From the IMG/VR virus record IMGVR_UViG_2648501149_000023: 48,089 nt of DNA; one strand, 5' to 3'. Below are positions 7,814 to 16,446 of this stretch, piece after piece. The notes beneath the pieces were generated by a model. That model searched no databases and had not been told where the DNA came from. It was given only the letters and a program-made list of their open reading frames with translations. This DNA is from a virus. Its lineage: Duplodnaviria > Heunggongvirae > Uroviricota > Caudoviricetes. The position numbers and the translations under genes are program-made. How positions within the stretch are numbered: position 1 is the first letter of the stretch; each line of letters begins with the position of its first letter.

Positions 7814-7848
7814 GCGCTTTGTCAGCGCCCCATCGAAGTTAAAGAGCC
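7814..7848 (-). promoter_or_regulatory. nutL (boxA GGCTCTTTAA and P22-type boxB GCGCTGACAAAGCGC)
   Basis: Minus-strand reading gives boxA GGCTCTTTAA at 7839-7848 and the boxB hairpin GCGC-UGACAAA-GCGC at 7814-7828, upstream of N. Confidence 0.8.
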
Positions 7849-7849
7849 T

Positions 7850-7987
7850 GCCAATCTGTTCCGTTTGGCTTCCAGCTTCCTGCTGATGGCTAAATAGTAC
7901 GATGTGTGCTTTATTGAGTCAATACAAAATGTTCTAAATGCGGTTAGTTTTTTATAACACTTTGTATTTTATTGATTTATATTTTGG
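7850..7987 (-). promoter_or_regulatory. pL / OL region (approximate)
   Basis: AT-rich interval between the cI terminator and nutL containing AGTAC-type motifs also seen in the OR region; individual operators not resolved. Confidence 0.35.
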
Positions 7988-8015
7988 AAAAAGAAAACCC
8001 GACGCTAAGGTCGGG
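7988..8015 (-). terminator. Intrinsic terminator downstream of cI
   Basis: CCCGACgctaagGTCGGG hairpin; on the minus strand it is followed by TTTTCTTTTT; the plus strand also has a T-rich tail, so it may be bidirectional. Confidence 0.6.
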
Positions 8016-8047
8016 TTATTGTTGTGTGTTTTAGAGTGGTGAGGCTG

Positions 8048-8701
8048 TTAACTAAATGTCTCTTCAGGCCACTGGCTGGCGATAACTTTCCCTACTACGG
8101 AACAGCTATCATTGCATGGGATCATTGGATATTGCGGGTTTAGTGGTTGTAGGAACACCTGACCGCTATCCCTGATCAGTTTCTTGAAGGTAAACTCGTC
8201 ACCACCAAGTCTGGCTATGCAGAAATCACCTGGCTCAACAGCCTGCTCAGGGTCAACGAGAATTAACATCCCGTCAGGAAAGCTTGGCTTGGATCCTGTT
8301 GGTGCGGTCATGGAATTACCTTCAACTTCAAGCCAAAACGCACAATCACTGGCTTTTTTGGTTGTGCTGACCCATCTCTCCGCATCGCCTTTGGTAAAGG
8401 TTCTAAGCTCAGGCGAGAACATCCCGGCCTGAACATGAGAAAAAACAGGGTACTCATATTGTTTTTTAACGGGGGCAGATGAGTATTCGCCAACAGGTGA
8501 AAATGTACCGTCGTGGTTGAATGAGACGTTATCAATACCAAGGTATTTAAACACCACACCAATCTCGTCAAGAGATGGATGACGAGATCCGCGCAACCAG
8601 TGACCAATTCCACCCTGCGTCATACCAAGCTCTTCAGCTAACTTCTCTTGAGTTATGCCGAGTTCTTTCATTCTGGATCTAGCCAGTTCATACCATTTCA
8701 T
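8048..8701 (-). CDS. cI: CI-type prophage repressor (HTH plus S24 LexA-like autocleavage domain)
   Basis: N-terminal HTH (...[21 protein letters not shown]...) and C-terminal S24 domain with G-N-S-M and F-K-K-L catalytic motifs (...[10 protein letters not shown]...[28 protein letters not shown]...); ATG at 8701 with AGGA at 7 nt spacing. Confidence 0.9.
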   Translation of the reverse strand: MKWYELARSRMKELGITQEKLAEELGMTQGGIGHWLRGSRHPSLDEIGVVFKYLGIDNVSFNHDGTFSPVGEYSSAPVKKQYEYPVFSHVQAGMFSPELRTFTKGDAERWVSTTKKASDCAFWLEVEGNSMTAPTGSKPSFPDGMLILVDPEQAVEPGDFCIARLGGDEFTFKKLIRDSGQVFLQPLNPQYPMIPCNDSCSVVGKVIASQWPEETFS

Positions 8702-8818
8702 TTTCATATCCTTATTATTACGCTCTGTACTAAAACCATCCATGCACAAGATGTATTTTTTGTTTGCATTCCAAAAGTACATGTCGTATTATTGTTTCAT
8801 GGTTACTATGGAGGGCAT
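8702..8818. promoter_or_regulatory. OR / pR / pRM divergent control region
   Basis: 117-bp interval between divergent cI and cro starts with repeated AAAAGTACA-type elements; operators not individually resolved. Confidence 0.5.
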
Positions 8819-9034
8819 ATGAGCAACCTACGAAAATATCGAGAGTCACTGAATATCTCTCAAACAACACTTGCTAAGGCGGTTGGATGCACACAGGGAG
8901 CTATCGGACATTGGGAATCTGGTCGTCGCTTCCCAGACCTTAAAACATGCCGTGCTCTTGTTGCGTGCCTAAACAAGTTAGGCGCAAAAGTCAGTCTTGA
9001 TGACGTGTTCCCACCGGAACACAAAGCCGCTTAA
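8819..9034 (+). CDS. cro: Cro-like HTH regulator (71 aa)
   Basis: MSNLRKYRESLNISQTTLAKAVGCTQGAIGHWESGRRFPD...; ATG at 8819 preceded by GGAGGG; divergent from cI. Confidence 0.8.
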   Translation: MSNLRKYRESLNISQTTLAKAVGCTQGAIGHWESGRRFPDLKTCRALVACLNKLGAKVSLDDVFPPEHKAA

Positions 9035-9044
9035 TAAGCGGATC

Positions 9045-9079
9045 CGCTCTTTATCAATCTGCACCGCCGACAACGCGGT
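9045..9079 (+). promoter_or_regulatory. nutR (boxA CGCTCTTTA and boxB ACCGCCGACAACGCGGT)
   Basis: boxA at 9045-9053 and a P22-type boxB hairpin at 9063-9079 just downstream of cro. Confidence 0.8.
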
Positions 9080-9095
9080 AACTAATTAATCACTC

Positions 9096-9132
9096 ATCGA
9101 AAGATGAGTATTAGTGATTATTTACCTATGGA
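9096..9132 (+). terminator. tR1-position hairpin (possible weak terminator)
   Basis: Nested inverted repeat AATCACTCATC-GAAA-GATGAG...AGTGATT followed by a T-rich stretch, between nutR and cII. Confidence 0.3.
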
Positions 9133-9143
9133 AATAGTAAGAA

Positions 9144-9443
9144 ATGGAACAAACAAGTTACAGCAAACTATCACAGAGCGACGTTGATCGCGCAGAAACA
9201 GATTTACTCATCAACCTGTCAACGCTTACCCAGCGCGGTCTGGCAAAGATGATTGGCTGTCATGAATCGAAGATAAGCAGAACGGACTGGAGATTTATTG
9301 CTTCGGTCTTGTGTGCTTTTGGAATGGCATCAGACATCAGTCCAATTAGCAGGGCTTTTAAGTATGCGCTTGATGGACTCACCAATAAAAAACGCCCGGT
9401 GTGCAAGACCGAGCGTTATGAACAAATCCAGATGGAATTTTAA
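9144..9443 (+). CDS. cII: CII transcriptional activator
   Basis: 99-aa product ending ...TNKKRPVCKTERYEQIQMEF, matching the lambda CII C-terminus (...TNKKRP...EQIQMEF). Confidence 0.85.
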   Translation: MEQTSYSKLSQSDVDRAETDLLINLSTLTQRGLAKMIGCHESKISRTDWRFIASVLCAFGMASDISPISRAFKYALDGLTNKKRPVCKTERYEQIQMEF

Positions 9444-9465
9444 CAACATCCAACGAGGTAATTAT

Positions 9466-9609
9466 ATGCGAAAAACGCAGGAAAATAAACGCGTTAATCA
9501 CCGAAAAGATGTGCTACGTGACCAGTTTTATCAGGGGGTTAATCCAGCAATAGCTGTGCCACTGAGAGAAATACTTAACAGGTACAAAACTTCGGAGAAG
9601 TCAAAATGA
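9466..9609 (+). CDS. Small basic protein (47 aa)
   Basis: MRKTQENKRVNHRKDVLRDQFYQGVNPAIAVPLREILNRYKTSEKSK; ATG preceded by GAGGTAA; its stop overlaps the next gene's start (ATGA). Confidence 0.4.
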   Translation: MRKTQENKRVNHRKDVLRDQFYQGVNPAIAVPLREILNRYKTSEKSK

Positions 9610-10409
9610 GCATGAATCTTATGGCTAAGGCCATGAATATAAAGGTTGGCAACCCACTGAGAAAACTGGTTCTGATTAAACTTGCCGATAACGCCAATGA
9701 TAATGGCGAATGCTGGCCTTCATATCAACATGTCGCTGACCAGTGTGAGGTGAGCAGATCGACAGTAAAAAGTCACATTAGGGCACTGGAAGAGATGGGG
9801 CTTTTGAAAAGGGAATTCAGAAGAAAAGGAGAGCTTAACCAGTCAAACGTTTTTTATCTGACGCTGGATAATGCACAACAAATCCAACCAGAATCAGGTG
9901 GGGCAGGAGCTGCCCTAGGGGGTGGGGCAGGAGCTGCCCTAGGGGGTGGGGCAGGAGCTGCCCTAGGGGGTGGGGCAGGAGCTGCCCCCAGAACCTATCA
10001 CTCTTTTGAACCAGTCAATAAACCTAAAAACATTATGTTCGAACATGTCCGAACGGAGTGTGAAAAAACTCCTGACCGTCACGAAGAAACCGACAAGGCA
10101 TTCGAGGAAATATTCTGGTGTGCAGGCATGCGGAAAGCCGGGAAGAAAAACGCAGCTTCAGCATTCAGAACACAGTTCAGGGAATGGCGTAAAACTACCA
10201 GGGGTACGGCAAGCGAGTTTGCCACGATGCTGGCAGAAGACATCGCATGCAGGAATGGTAAGCAGTTCGGATTCGACAGGTTGTTACCATCGAGCTACCT
10301 GAACGGTCAGCGCTGGAACGACGAGAAGCCAGAAACCATTCAACCACAATCCAAACCATCATCCGCAATCACCGTATCGAAAACTGGCTACGTGTTTTTC
10401 GACAGGTGA
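9606..10409 (+). CDS. Replication initiator (O-like; N-terminal HTH domain, internal iterons)
   Basis: N-terminus ...LIKLADNANDNGECWPSYQHVADQCEVSRSTVKSHIRALEEMGLLKRE is a winged-HTH initiator-type domain; the gene contains the 24-bp tandem repeats and is followed by the primase-helicase gene. Confidence 0.7.
   Translation: MSMNLMAKAMNIKVGNPLRKLVLIKLADNANDNGECWPSYQHVADQCEVSRSTVKSHIRALEEMGLLKREFRRKGELNQSNVFYLTLDNAQQIQPESGGAGAALGGGAGAALGGGAGAALGGGAGAAPRTYHSFEPVNKPKNIMFEHVRTECEKTPDRHEETDKAFEEIFWCAGMRKAGKKNAASAFRTQFREWRKTTRGTASEFATMLAEDIACRNGKQFGFDRLLPSSYLNGQRWNDEKPETIQPQSKPSSAITVSKTGYVFFDR
9897..9987 (+). repeat. Four tandem 24-bp iterons (putative replication origin)
   Basis: GGTGGGGCAGGAGCTGCCCTAGGG repeated perfectly 3 times plus a partial fourth copy; each unit holds the inverted repeat GGCAG-gag-CTGCC; followed by an AT-rich stretch (about 9988-10045). 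Confidence 0.7.
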
Positions 10410-10515
10410 ACCATGAAATCAAAAATAAATCGCTACTGGTCGCTGGTTATAACCACGGCTGGTTAAGTATTTCGTTTGTCGATTTCTGGTTTAAAAATCT
10501 CAATCTGAGGGAATC

Positions 10516-12396
10516 ATGACACCAAGTGAACTTAGCGACCTGCTTTGGGCGCAGGTTGACAGGGTGGCTCCGCACCTGTTGCCAAACGGCAAGAAAGAGG
10601 GGCATGAGTGGGTTGCCGGTAACGTCAACGGTGACAAGGGAAACAGCCTTAAGGTCAACCTTAGCGGCAAGAAAAAATGGGCTGATTTCGCTGAGGGAGA
10701 CGGCGGTGACATGCTTGATTTGTGGATGGCATGTCGTGGAATTAACCTGCATCAGGCTATGCAGGAAGCGAAAGCCTTTCTCGGTATCAAGGATGACGAT
10801 CACCATTTCGATGCCAAACGTGAGAAAAAATTCTCCAGACCTGATCGCAAGAAAATCGCCCGCTACGTTACCAGAACAGAATCCCATCTTGAGTACCTGC
10901 AATCGCGTGGCATATCGCCAGAAATCGTAAAGCGCTACGAGGTTGTCAGCGGCAAGGTGTGGAATGGAGAGCTGGAACTGGATGCTCTGGTGATTCCGTA
11001 CAAACGCGATGGTGAGTTGTTGCAGGTCAAGCGAATCAGCACTGAGCGCCCGGACGGGAAGAAAGTCATTATGGCAGAAGGTGATTGCGAACCTTGTCTG
11101 TTCGGATGGCACGCTCTGGACGCTGGCGTGAGGGCGGTTGTACTTTGCGAAGGCGAAATTGATTGTATGAGCTATGCGCAATACGGCATCTCGGCGTTAT
11201 CCGTGCCGTTTGGTGGCGGGAAAGGCGCTAAGCAGCAGTGGATTGAGTTTGAGTATCACAATCTCGACAGGTTTGAGGAAATATTCATCTCGATGGACGT
11301 TGATGATGTTGGTCGTGAAGCCGCAAGGGAAATCGCAAGCCGACTCGGTGAACATCGTTGCCGTCTTGTTACTCTGCCGTACAAAGACATCAACGAATGC
11401 CTGATGAACGGTGTTACCGAGGATGAAATCTGGCAGTACATCGGCACGGCATCCTACTTCGATCCTGAAGAACTCTACAGCGCGCGAGAGTTTTACCAGG
11501 ACACTATCAACGCTTTCTACGGCAAGCAGCAGTATCTGTTTAATCCACCGTGGGAATCTCTGGCAGATAAATTCCAGTTCCGTGAGGCCGAGTTGACGCT
11601 GGTCAATGGTGTGAACGGTCACGGAAAAACGGAGGTTGTCGGGCATATGGCACTTGAGGCAATGCGTCAGGGTGTGAAGACGTGCATCGCGTCACTTGAG
11701 CTGAAGCCTGGTATTCTCCTTAAGCGCCTTACCCGTCAGGCGACGTGCTGCAAGATGCCGCCAGTGCTGGAAATTGACTCTGCATTTAAATTTTATGACG
11801 AAAGACTTTGGGTGTTTGGTCTGACCGGAACGGCGAAAGCCGACAGGCTGATCGAAATATTCGACTACGCTCGCCGCCGATACGGGATCCAGTTATTCAT
11901 CATCGACAGCCTGATGAAATGCGGCATAGGTGACGATGACTATAACGGGCAGAAAGCATTTGTTGACTCGATTTGTGACTTCAAAAACAAAACAAACTCC
12001 CACGTCATTCTCGTTACTCACTCCAGAAAAGGAGACAGCGAAGAAAAACCAACCGGGAAAATGGACGTAAAAGGCTCTGGAGCGATAACAGACCTGACAG
12101 ACAACCTTTTCATCATCTGGCGTAACAAGGCTCGCGAGAGAGCGTTACAAAGAGTTCAGAGTGGTGAAAAGATGTCAGAGAAGGACGAACAGCTACTGGC
12201 GTCTCCTGCATCTGTTTTGATGCTTGAAAAACAACGTAACGGCGAAGGTTGGGAAGGTGGTGTCCCGTTGTTCCTTGACGAGCAATCGCACCAGTTCCTG
12301 CAACTTGAATCAGGATCGCCATATAGCTACATCGCCAATATGCCGAAATCGGAATATAACGAGGCGTGGCGACAGGAAAACGTGACGGAGTATTAA
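10516..12396 (+). CDS. Bifunctional primase-helicase (TOPRIM primase plus DnaB-like helicase)
   Basis: 626-aa ORF with TOPRIM-like motifs (...VVLCEGEIDCMSYAQ..., ...FISMDVDDVG...), Walker A (NGVNGHGKTE) and Walker B (LFIIDSLM); ATG preceded by GAGGGA. Confidence 0.8.
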   Translation: MTPSELSDLLWAQVDRVAPHLLPNGKKEGHEWVAGNVNGDKGNSLKVNLSGKKKWADFAEGDGGDMLDLWMACRGINLHQAMQEAKAFLGIKDDDHHFDAKREKKFSRPDRKKIARYVTRTESHLEYLQSRGISPEIVKRYEVVSGKVWNGELELDALVIPYKRDGELLQVKRISTERPDGKKVIMAEGDCEPCLFGWHALDAGVRAVVLCEGEIDCMSYAQYGISALSVPFGGGKGAKQQWIEFEYHNLDRFEEIFISMDVDDVGREAAREIASRLGEHRCRLVTLPYKDINECLMNGVTEDEIWQYIGTASYFDPEELYSAREFYQDTINAFYGKQQYLFNPPWESLADKFQFREAELTLVNGVNGHGKTEVVGHMALEAMRQGVKTCIASLELKPGILLKRLTRQATCCKMPPVLEIDSAFKFYDERLWVFGLTGTAKADRLIEIFDYARRRYGIQLFIIDSLMKCGIGDDDYNGQKAFVDSICDFKNKTNSHVILVTHSRKGDSEEKPTGKMDVKGSGAITDLTDNLFIIWRNKARERALQRVQSGEKMSEKDEQLLASPASVLMLEKQRNGEGWEGGVPLFLDEQSHQFLQLESGSPYSYIANMPKSEYNEAWRQENVTEY

Positions 12397-12426
12397 ATGA
12401 CCATCTACATCACTGAGCTAATAACA

Positions 12427-12456
12427 GGGGCTATTTATACAGTAGCCCTTTTTTAT
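12427..12456 (+). terminator. Intrinsic terminator after the primase-helicase gene
   Basis: GGGCTatttatacagtAGCCC hairpin followed by TTTTTTAT. Confidence 0.6.
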
Positions 12457-12481
12457 TGGATTAAGAACGAGGGGGATCCTG

Positions 12482-12694
12482 ATGGACACCGTTAACGGAA
12501 TGTGTTCAGACGCACCGCGTGCCAAAAAATGTAAATGCGGAAAATCACCGACAATATTCGACATGGAGAACGGGTGCCAAATCTACTGCGCTAACCACGC
12601 CGCTGTGGCGGCCGCGAATTATAGCAGTGCGGTAACGGAGTGGAATAACCTGAAATCTGTTAGAGAGGGAAGTCATGAAAAAACTAACCTTTGA
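12482..12694 (+). CDS. Small Cys-rich protein (70 aa)
   Basis: MDTVNGMCSDAPRAKKCKCGKSPTIFDMENGCQIYCANH...; ATG preceded by GAGGGGGA; sits between the replication genes and ninB. Confidence 0.35.
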   Translation: MDTVNGMCSDAPRAKKCKCGKSPTIFDMENGCQIYCANHAAVAAANYSSAVTEWNNLKSVREGSHEKTNL

Positions 12695-13115
12695 AATTCG
12701 ATCTCCAGCACATCAGCAAAACGCTATTCACGCAGTACAGCAAATCCTTCCAGACCCAACCAAACCAATCGTAGTAACCATTCAGGAACGCAACCGCAGC
12801 TTAGACCAAAACAGGAAGCTATGGGCCTGCTTAGGTGACGTCTCTCGTCAGGTTGAATGGCATGGTCGCTGGCTGGATGCAGAAAGCTGGAAGTGTGTGT
12901 TTACCGCAGCATTAAAGCAGCAGGATGTTGTTCCTAACCTTGCCGGGAATGGCTTTGTGGTAATAGGCCAGCCAACCAGCAGGATGCGTGTAAGCGAATT
13001 TGCGGAGCTATTAGAGCTTATACAGGCATTCGGTACAGAGCGTGGCGTTAAGTGGTCAGACGAATCGAGACTGGCTCTGGAGTGGAAAGCGAGATGGGGA
13101 GATCGGGCTGCATGA
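12675..13115 (+). CDS. ninB: NinB recombination protein
   Basis: MKKLTFEIRSPAHQQNAIHAVQQILPDPTKPIVVTIQERNRSLDQNRKLWACLGDVSRQVEWHGRWLDAESWK... matches lambda NinB essentially throughout (recall). Confidence 0.95.
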   Translation: MKKLTFEIRSPAHQQNAIHAVQQILPDPTKPIVVTIQERNRSLDQNRKLWACLGDVSRQVEWHGRWLDAESWKCVFTAALKQQDVVPNLAGNGFVVIGQPTSRMRVSEFAELLELIQAFGTERGVKWSDESRLALEWKARWGDRAA

Positions 13116-13639
13116 CTATCAAATCAAATACGCCAGCACACGACAAGGACTGCTGGCAAACGCCGCTTTGGCTTTTTGATGCACTGGATATTGAGTTTGG
13201 ATTCTGGCTGGATTCGGCAGCGAGCGACAAAAATGCTCTGTGCGCTCACTGGCTAACTGAGGCCGACGACGCGCTCAATTCTGAGTGGGTAAGCCACGGT
13301 GCAATCTGGAATAACCCACCGTACAGCAATATCAGGCCGTGGGTGGAAAAAGCCGCTGAGCAGTGCATACAACAGCGACAGACGGTAGTTATGCTTGTGC
13401 CAGAGGATATGTCAGTCGGATGGTTCAGCAAGGCTCTGGAGAGTGTCGACGAAGTTCGTATTATCACTGATGGACGGATTAATTTTATCGAGCCATCGAC
13501 AGGGCTGGAGAAGAAGGGGAACAGCAAAGGTTCCATGCTGCTGATTTGGCGACCGTTCATCAGTCCTCGACGGATGTTTACTACCGTATCCAAAGCGGCA
13601 TTGATGGCGATCGGGCAGGGCGTCAGGAAGGCGGCATGA
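13112..13639 (+). CDS. Phage N6-adenine DNA methyltransferase (Dam-like)
   Basis: ATG overlaps the ninB stop (ATGA); product [26 protein letters not shown]... with the NPPY catalytic motif; the ORF track has a longer non-ATG start at 13052. Confidence 0.8.
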   Translation: MTIKSNTPAHDKDCWQTPLWLFDALDIEFGFWLDSAASDKNALCAHWLTEADDALNSEWVSHGAIWNNPPYSNIRPWVEKAAEQCIQQRQTVVMLVPEDMSVGWFSKALESVDEVRIITDGRINFIEPSTGLEKKGNSKGSMLLIWRPFISPRRMFTTVSKAALMAIGQGVRKAA

Positions 13640-13818
13640 GACGACAGCGACGAAGTATCACCGACATCATCTGCGAAAACTGCAAATACCTTCCAACGAA
13701 ACGCTCCAGAAATAAACGCAAGCCAATCCCAAAAGAATCTGACGTAAAAACCTTCAATTACACGGCTCACCTGTGGGATATCCGGTGGCTTAGAGAACGT
13801 GCGAGGAAAACAAGGTGA
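13636..13818 (+). CDS. ninE: NinE
   Basis: [52 protein letters not shown]... matches lambda NinE (recall); ATGA overlap with the upstream gene. Confidence 0.9.
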   Translation: MRRQRRSITDIICENCKYLPTKRSRNKRKPIPKESDVKTFNYTAHLWDIRWLRERARKTR

Positions 13819-13985
13819 TTGACCCAAATCGAAGTTACGAACAAGAAAGCGTCGAGCGAGCTTTAACGTGCGCTAACTGCGGTCAGAAGCTGCATGTGCT
13901 GGAAGTTCACGTGTGTGAGCACTGCTGCGCAGAACTGATGAGCGATCCGAATAGCTCAATGTACGAGGAAGAAGACGATGAGTGA
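13815..13985 (+). CDS. ninF: NinF (GTG start)
   Basis: Hand translation (V/M)[55 protein letters not shown] matches lambda NinF (recall); below the ORF-track cutoff. Confidence 0.8.
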   Translation: MIDPNRSYEQESVERALTCANCGQKLHVLEVHVCEHCCAELMSDPNSSMYEEEDDE

Positions 13986-14190
13986 TTACCTGAAATGGTA
14001 TCTCTGCCACCGCTGGTTAATTAAGTTTGCTGTAAAAGACTGGATGACAGCGGATGCCAACAAGCTTAAGCAAAGAAAAGACTATTACTACGCCAGAATG
14101 AAGGAAAACTACTGCTCAATTCGCACTCGCATATTTATTAAAAAAGACCTTCAGTCAATTCTTCAATTGCGAGGGAAGGTAAATGGCTAA
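13978..14190 (+). CDS. Hypothetical protein (70 aa) at the position usually held by ninG
   Basis: [45 protein letters not shown]...; overlaps the ninF stop and the next gene's start. Confidence 0.45.
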   Translation: MSDYLKWYLCHRWLIKFAVKDWMTADANKLKQRKDYYYARMKENYCSIRTRIFIKKDLQSILQLRGKVNG

Positions 14191-14473
14191 CCTACGCAAA
14201 GAAGCGCGCGGCAGAGAATGCCAGGTACGTATTTACGGCGTATGCAATGGCAATCCTGAAACTACAGTTCTGGCACATTACCGGATGGCTGGAATTTGCG
14301 GAACTGGAATGAAACCTGACGACCTGATCGGTGCATGGGCTTGTAGTGACTGCCACGCGGAGATCGACCGACGCACAAGGATTCTCGACAACAAAGACGC
14401 CAGACTTTACCACCTCGAAGGCGTGATCAGGACGCAGGCGATACTGCTGAAGGAGGGGAAGATTAAGTCATGA
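14183..14473 (+). CDS. DUF1364-family protein (YbcO-like)
   Basis: MANLRKEARGRECQVRIYGVCNGNPETTVLAHYRMAGICGTGMKPDD...CSDCHAEIDRR... resembles DLP12 YbcO (recall). Confidence 0.7.
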   Translation: MANLRKEARGRECQVRIYGVCNGNPETTVLAHYRMAGICGTGMKPDDLIGAWACSDCHAEIDRRTRILDNKDARLYHLEGVIRTQAILLKEGKIKS

Positions 14474-14832
14474 ACGAATATCAGTTTGTGCTTCCTTACC
14501 CGCCGTCGGTGAATACCTACTGGCGAAGACGGGGAAGCCAATACTACATCAGCGATAAAGGTCAGAAATACCGAAAAGACGTTCAGCAAATCATCCGCCA
14601 ACTCAAGTTAGACATTTTCACCAAATCACGACTCCGCATCAAAGTCATCGCAGACGTTCCAGACTCCCGCCGCCGCGACCTCGATAACATCCTGAAAGGT
14701 TTACTCGACTCACTTATCCACGCCGGATCTGCGGAAGACGACGAGCAATTCGATGACATTCGCGTAATTCGTGGTGTGAAAGTACCAGGCGGAAGGCTTG
14801 GAATAAAAATCACCGAACTGGAGAACGTATGA
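14470..14832 (+). CDS. rusA: RusA Holliday-junction resolvase
   Basis: 120-aa product with ...VPDSRRRDLDNILKGLLDSL...GGRLGIKITELENV, the conserved RusA catalytic region. Confidence 0.9.
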   Translation: MNEYQFVLPYPPSVNTYWRRRGSQYYISDKGQKYRKDVQQIIRQLKLDIFTKSRLRIKVIADVPDSRRRDLDNILKGLLDSLIHAGSAEDDEQFDDIRVIRGVKVPGGRLGIKITELENV

Positions 14833-15017
14833 ACGCCACAATTCAAACGATACCAGAGCTTCTTATCCAGACACGAGGAAATCAGACCGAAGTGGCGAGG
14901 ATGCTTTCCTGTGCAAGAGGAACGGTGCTCAAGTACAACCGAGACAGCAAAGGCGAACGTCACGTAATAGTTAACGGCGTCCTGATGGTCAAACAGGGCA
15001 AGAGGGGAAGACGATGA
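14829..15017 (+). CDS. ninH: NinH-like protein
   Basis: ...IPELLIQTRGNQTEVARMLSCARGTVLKYNRD...NGVLMV... resembles lambda NinH (recall). Confidence 0.7.
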   Translation: MNATIQTIPELLIQTRGNQTEVARMLSCARGTVLKYNRDSKGERHVIVNGVLMVKQGKRGRR

Positions 15018-15637
15018 GACTCGAAAGCGTAGCTAAATTTCATTCGCCAAAAAGCCCAATGATGAGCGACTCACCACGGGCTACGGCTTCTGACTCTCTT
15101 TCCGGTACTGATGTGATGGCTGCTATGGGGATGGCGCAATCACAAGCCGGATTCGGAATGGCTGCATTCTGCGGTAAGCATGAACTCAGCCAGAACGACA
15201 AACAAAAGGCTATCAACTATCTGATGCAATTTGCACACAAGGTATCGGGGAAATACCGTGGCGTTGCAAAGCTTGAAGGAAATACTAAGGCAAAGGTACT
15301 GCAAGTGCTCGCAACATTCGCTTATGCGGATTATTGCCGTAGTGCCGCGACGCCGGGCGCAAGATGCAGAGATTGCCACGGTACAGGCCGTGCGGTTGAT
15401 ATATCAAAAACAGAGCTGTGGGGGAGAGTTGTTGAGAAAGAATGCGGAAGATGCAAAGGTGTCGGCTATTCAAGAATGCCAGCAAGCGCCGCATATCGCG
15501 CTGTAACGATGCTAATCCCAAACCTTACTCAACCCACCTGGTCACGCACTGTTAAGCCGCTGTATGACGCTCTGGTGGTGCAATGCCACAAAGAAGAGTC
15601 AATCGCAGACAACATTTTGAACGCGGTCACACGTTAG
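15014..15637 (+). CDS. Q: Late-gene antiterminator Q (lambda type)
   Basis: 207-aa product MRLESVAKFHSPKSPMMSDSPRATASDSLSGTDV... matches lambda Q almost residue for residue (recall). Confidence 0.95.
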   Translation: MRLESVAKFHSPKSPMMSDSPRATASDSLSGTDVMAAMGMAQSQAGFGMAAFCGKHELSQNDKQKAINYLMQFAHKVSGKYRGVAKLEGNTKAKVLQVLATFAYADYCRSAATPGARCRDCHGTGRAVDISKTELWGRVVEKECGRCKGVGYSRMPASAAYRAVTMLIPNLTQPTWSRTVKPLYDALVVQCHKEESIADNILNAVTR

Positions 15638-15679
15638 CAGCATGATTGCCACGGATGGCAACATATTAACGGCATGATA

Positions 15680-15708
15680 TTGACTTTTTGAATAAAGTTG
15701 GGTAAATT
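15680..15708 (+). promoter_or_regulatory. Late promoter pR' (-35 TTGACT, 17-bp spacer, -10 TAAATT), with qut expected to overlap
   Basis: TTGACTttttgaataaagttgggTAAATT, the same elements as lambda pR' (recall). Confidence 0.8.
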
Positions 15709-15848
15709 TGACCCAACGATGGGTTAATTCGCTCGTTGTGGTAGTGAGATGAAAAGAGGCGGCGCTTACTACCGATTCCGCCTAGTTGGTCACTTCGACG
15801 TATCGTCTGGAACTCCAACCATCGCAGGCAGAGAGGTCTGCAAAATGC

Positions 15849-15908
15849 AATCCCGAAACAGTTCGCAGGTAATAGTTAGAGCCTGCACAACGGTTTCGGG
15901 ATTTTTTA
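15849..15908 (+). terminator. tR' terminator (end of a 6S-like short late leader RNA)
   Basis: Long hairpin ATCCCGAAAC...GGTTTCGGGAT followed by TTTTTTAT, about 190 nt downstream of the pR' start region. Confidence 0.75.
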
Positions 15909-16446
15909 TATCTGTGCAACAGGTAAGAGCATTGCGCGCCTGACGAGTCCATGAGGGACGAAACGCATTAGCGTCGCGCGGAGTATCCCCAGCCGGGGAA
16001 TAACTGGATACCAGGGGAGTCAACCCTAAGCGCATTTACGAGTGTGTTTAGGGCGTGGGTCGGCAATGACTCCCTGTGCAGCCGACATCTGGCCCGGCAA
16101 CATACAGTGCTCTTTCCGTTGTGCTGAATTAAGCGAATACCGGAAGCAGAACCGGATCATCAAATGCGTACAGGCGTCATCGCCGCCCAGCAACAGCACA
16201 ACCCAAACTGAGCCGTAGCCACTGGCTATCCTGAATTCATCAGTGATAGTTACGCTGCGGCCTTCTACACATGACCTTCGTGAAAGCGGGTGGCAAGAGG
16301 TTGCGCTAACAACCTCCTGCCGTTTTGCCCGTGCACATCGGTCACGAACAAATCTGATTACTAAACACAGTAGCCTGGATTTGTTCTATCAGTAATCGAC
16401 CTTATTCCTAATTAAATAGAGCAAATCCCCTTATTGGGGGTAAGAC

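Noticed and set aside
9897-9987. Tandem 24-bp direct repeats that could be mistaken for a CRISPR array
   Set aside because: The repeats are directly adjacent with no spacers, lie in frame inside a replication initiator gene and are followed by an AT-rich segment, so they are origin iterons.
10447-11181. 244-codon minus-strand ORF (and 10526..10930 plus-strand ORF) inside the primase-helicase gene
   Set aside because: They overlap a strongly supported 626-codon gene and have no RBS or motif; treated as antisense or alternative-frame artefacts.
15940-16130. Possible tRNA gene between Q/tR' and S
   Set aside because: No GTTCGAATC-type T-arm or cloverleaf could be traced by eye; left as an unexplained segment rather than an RNA gene.
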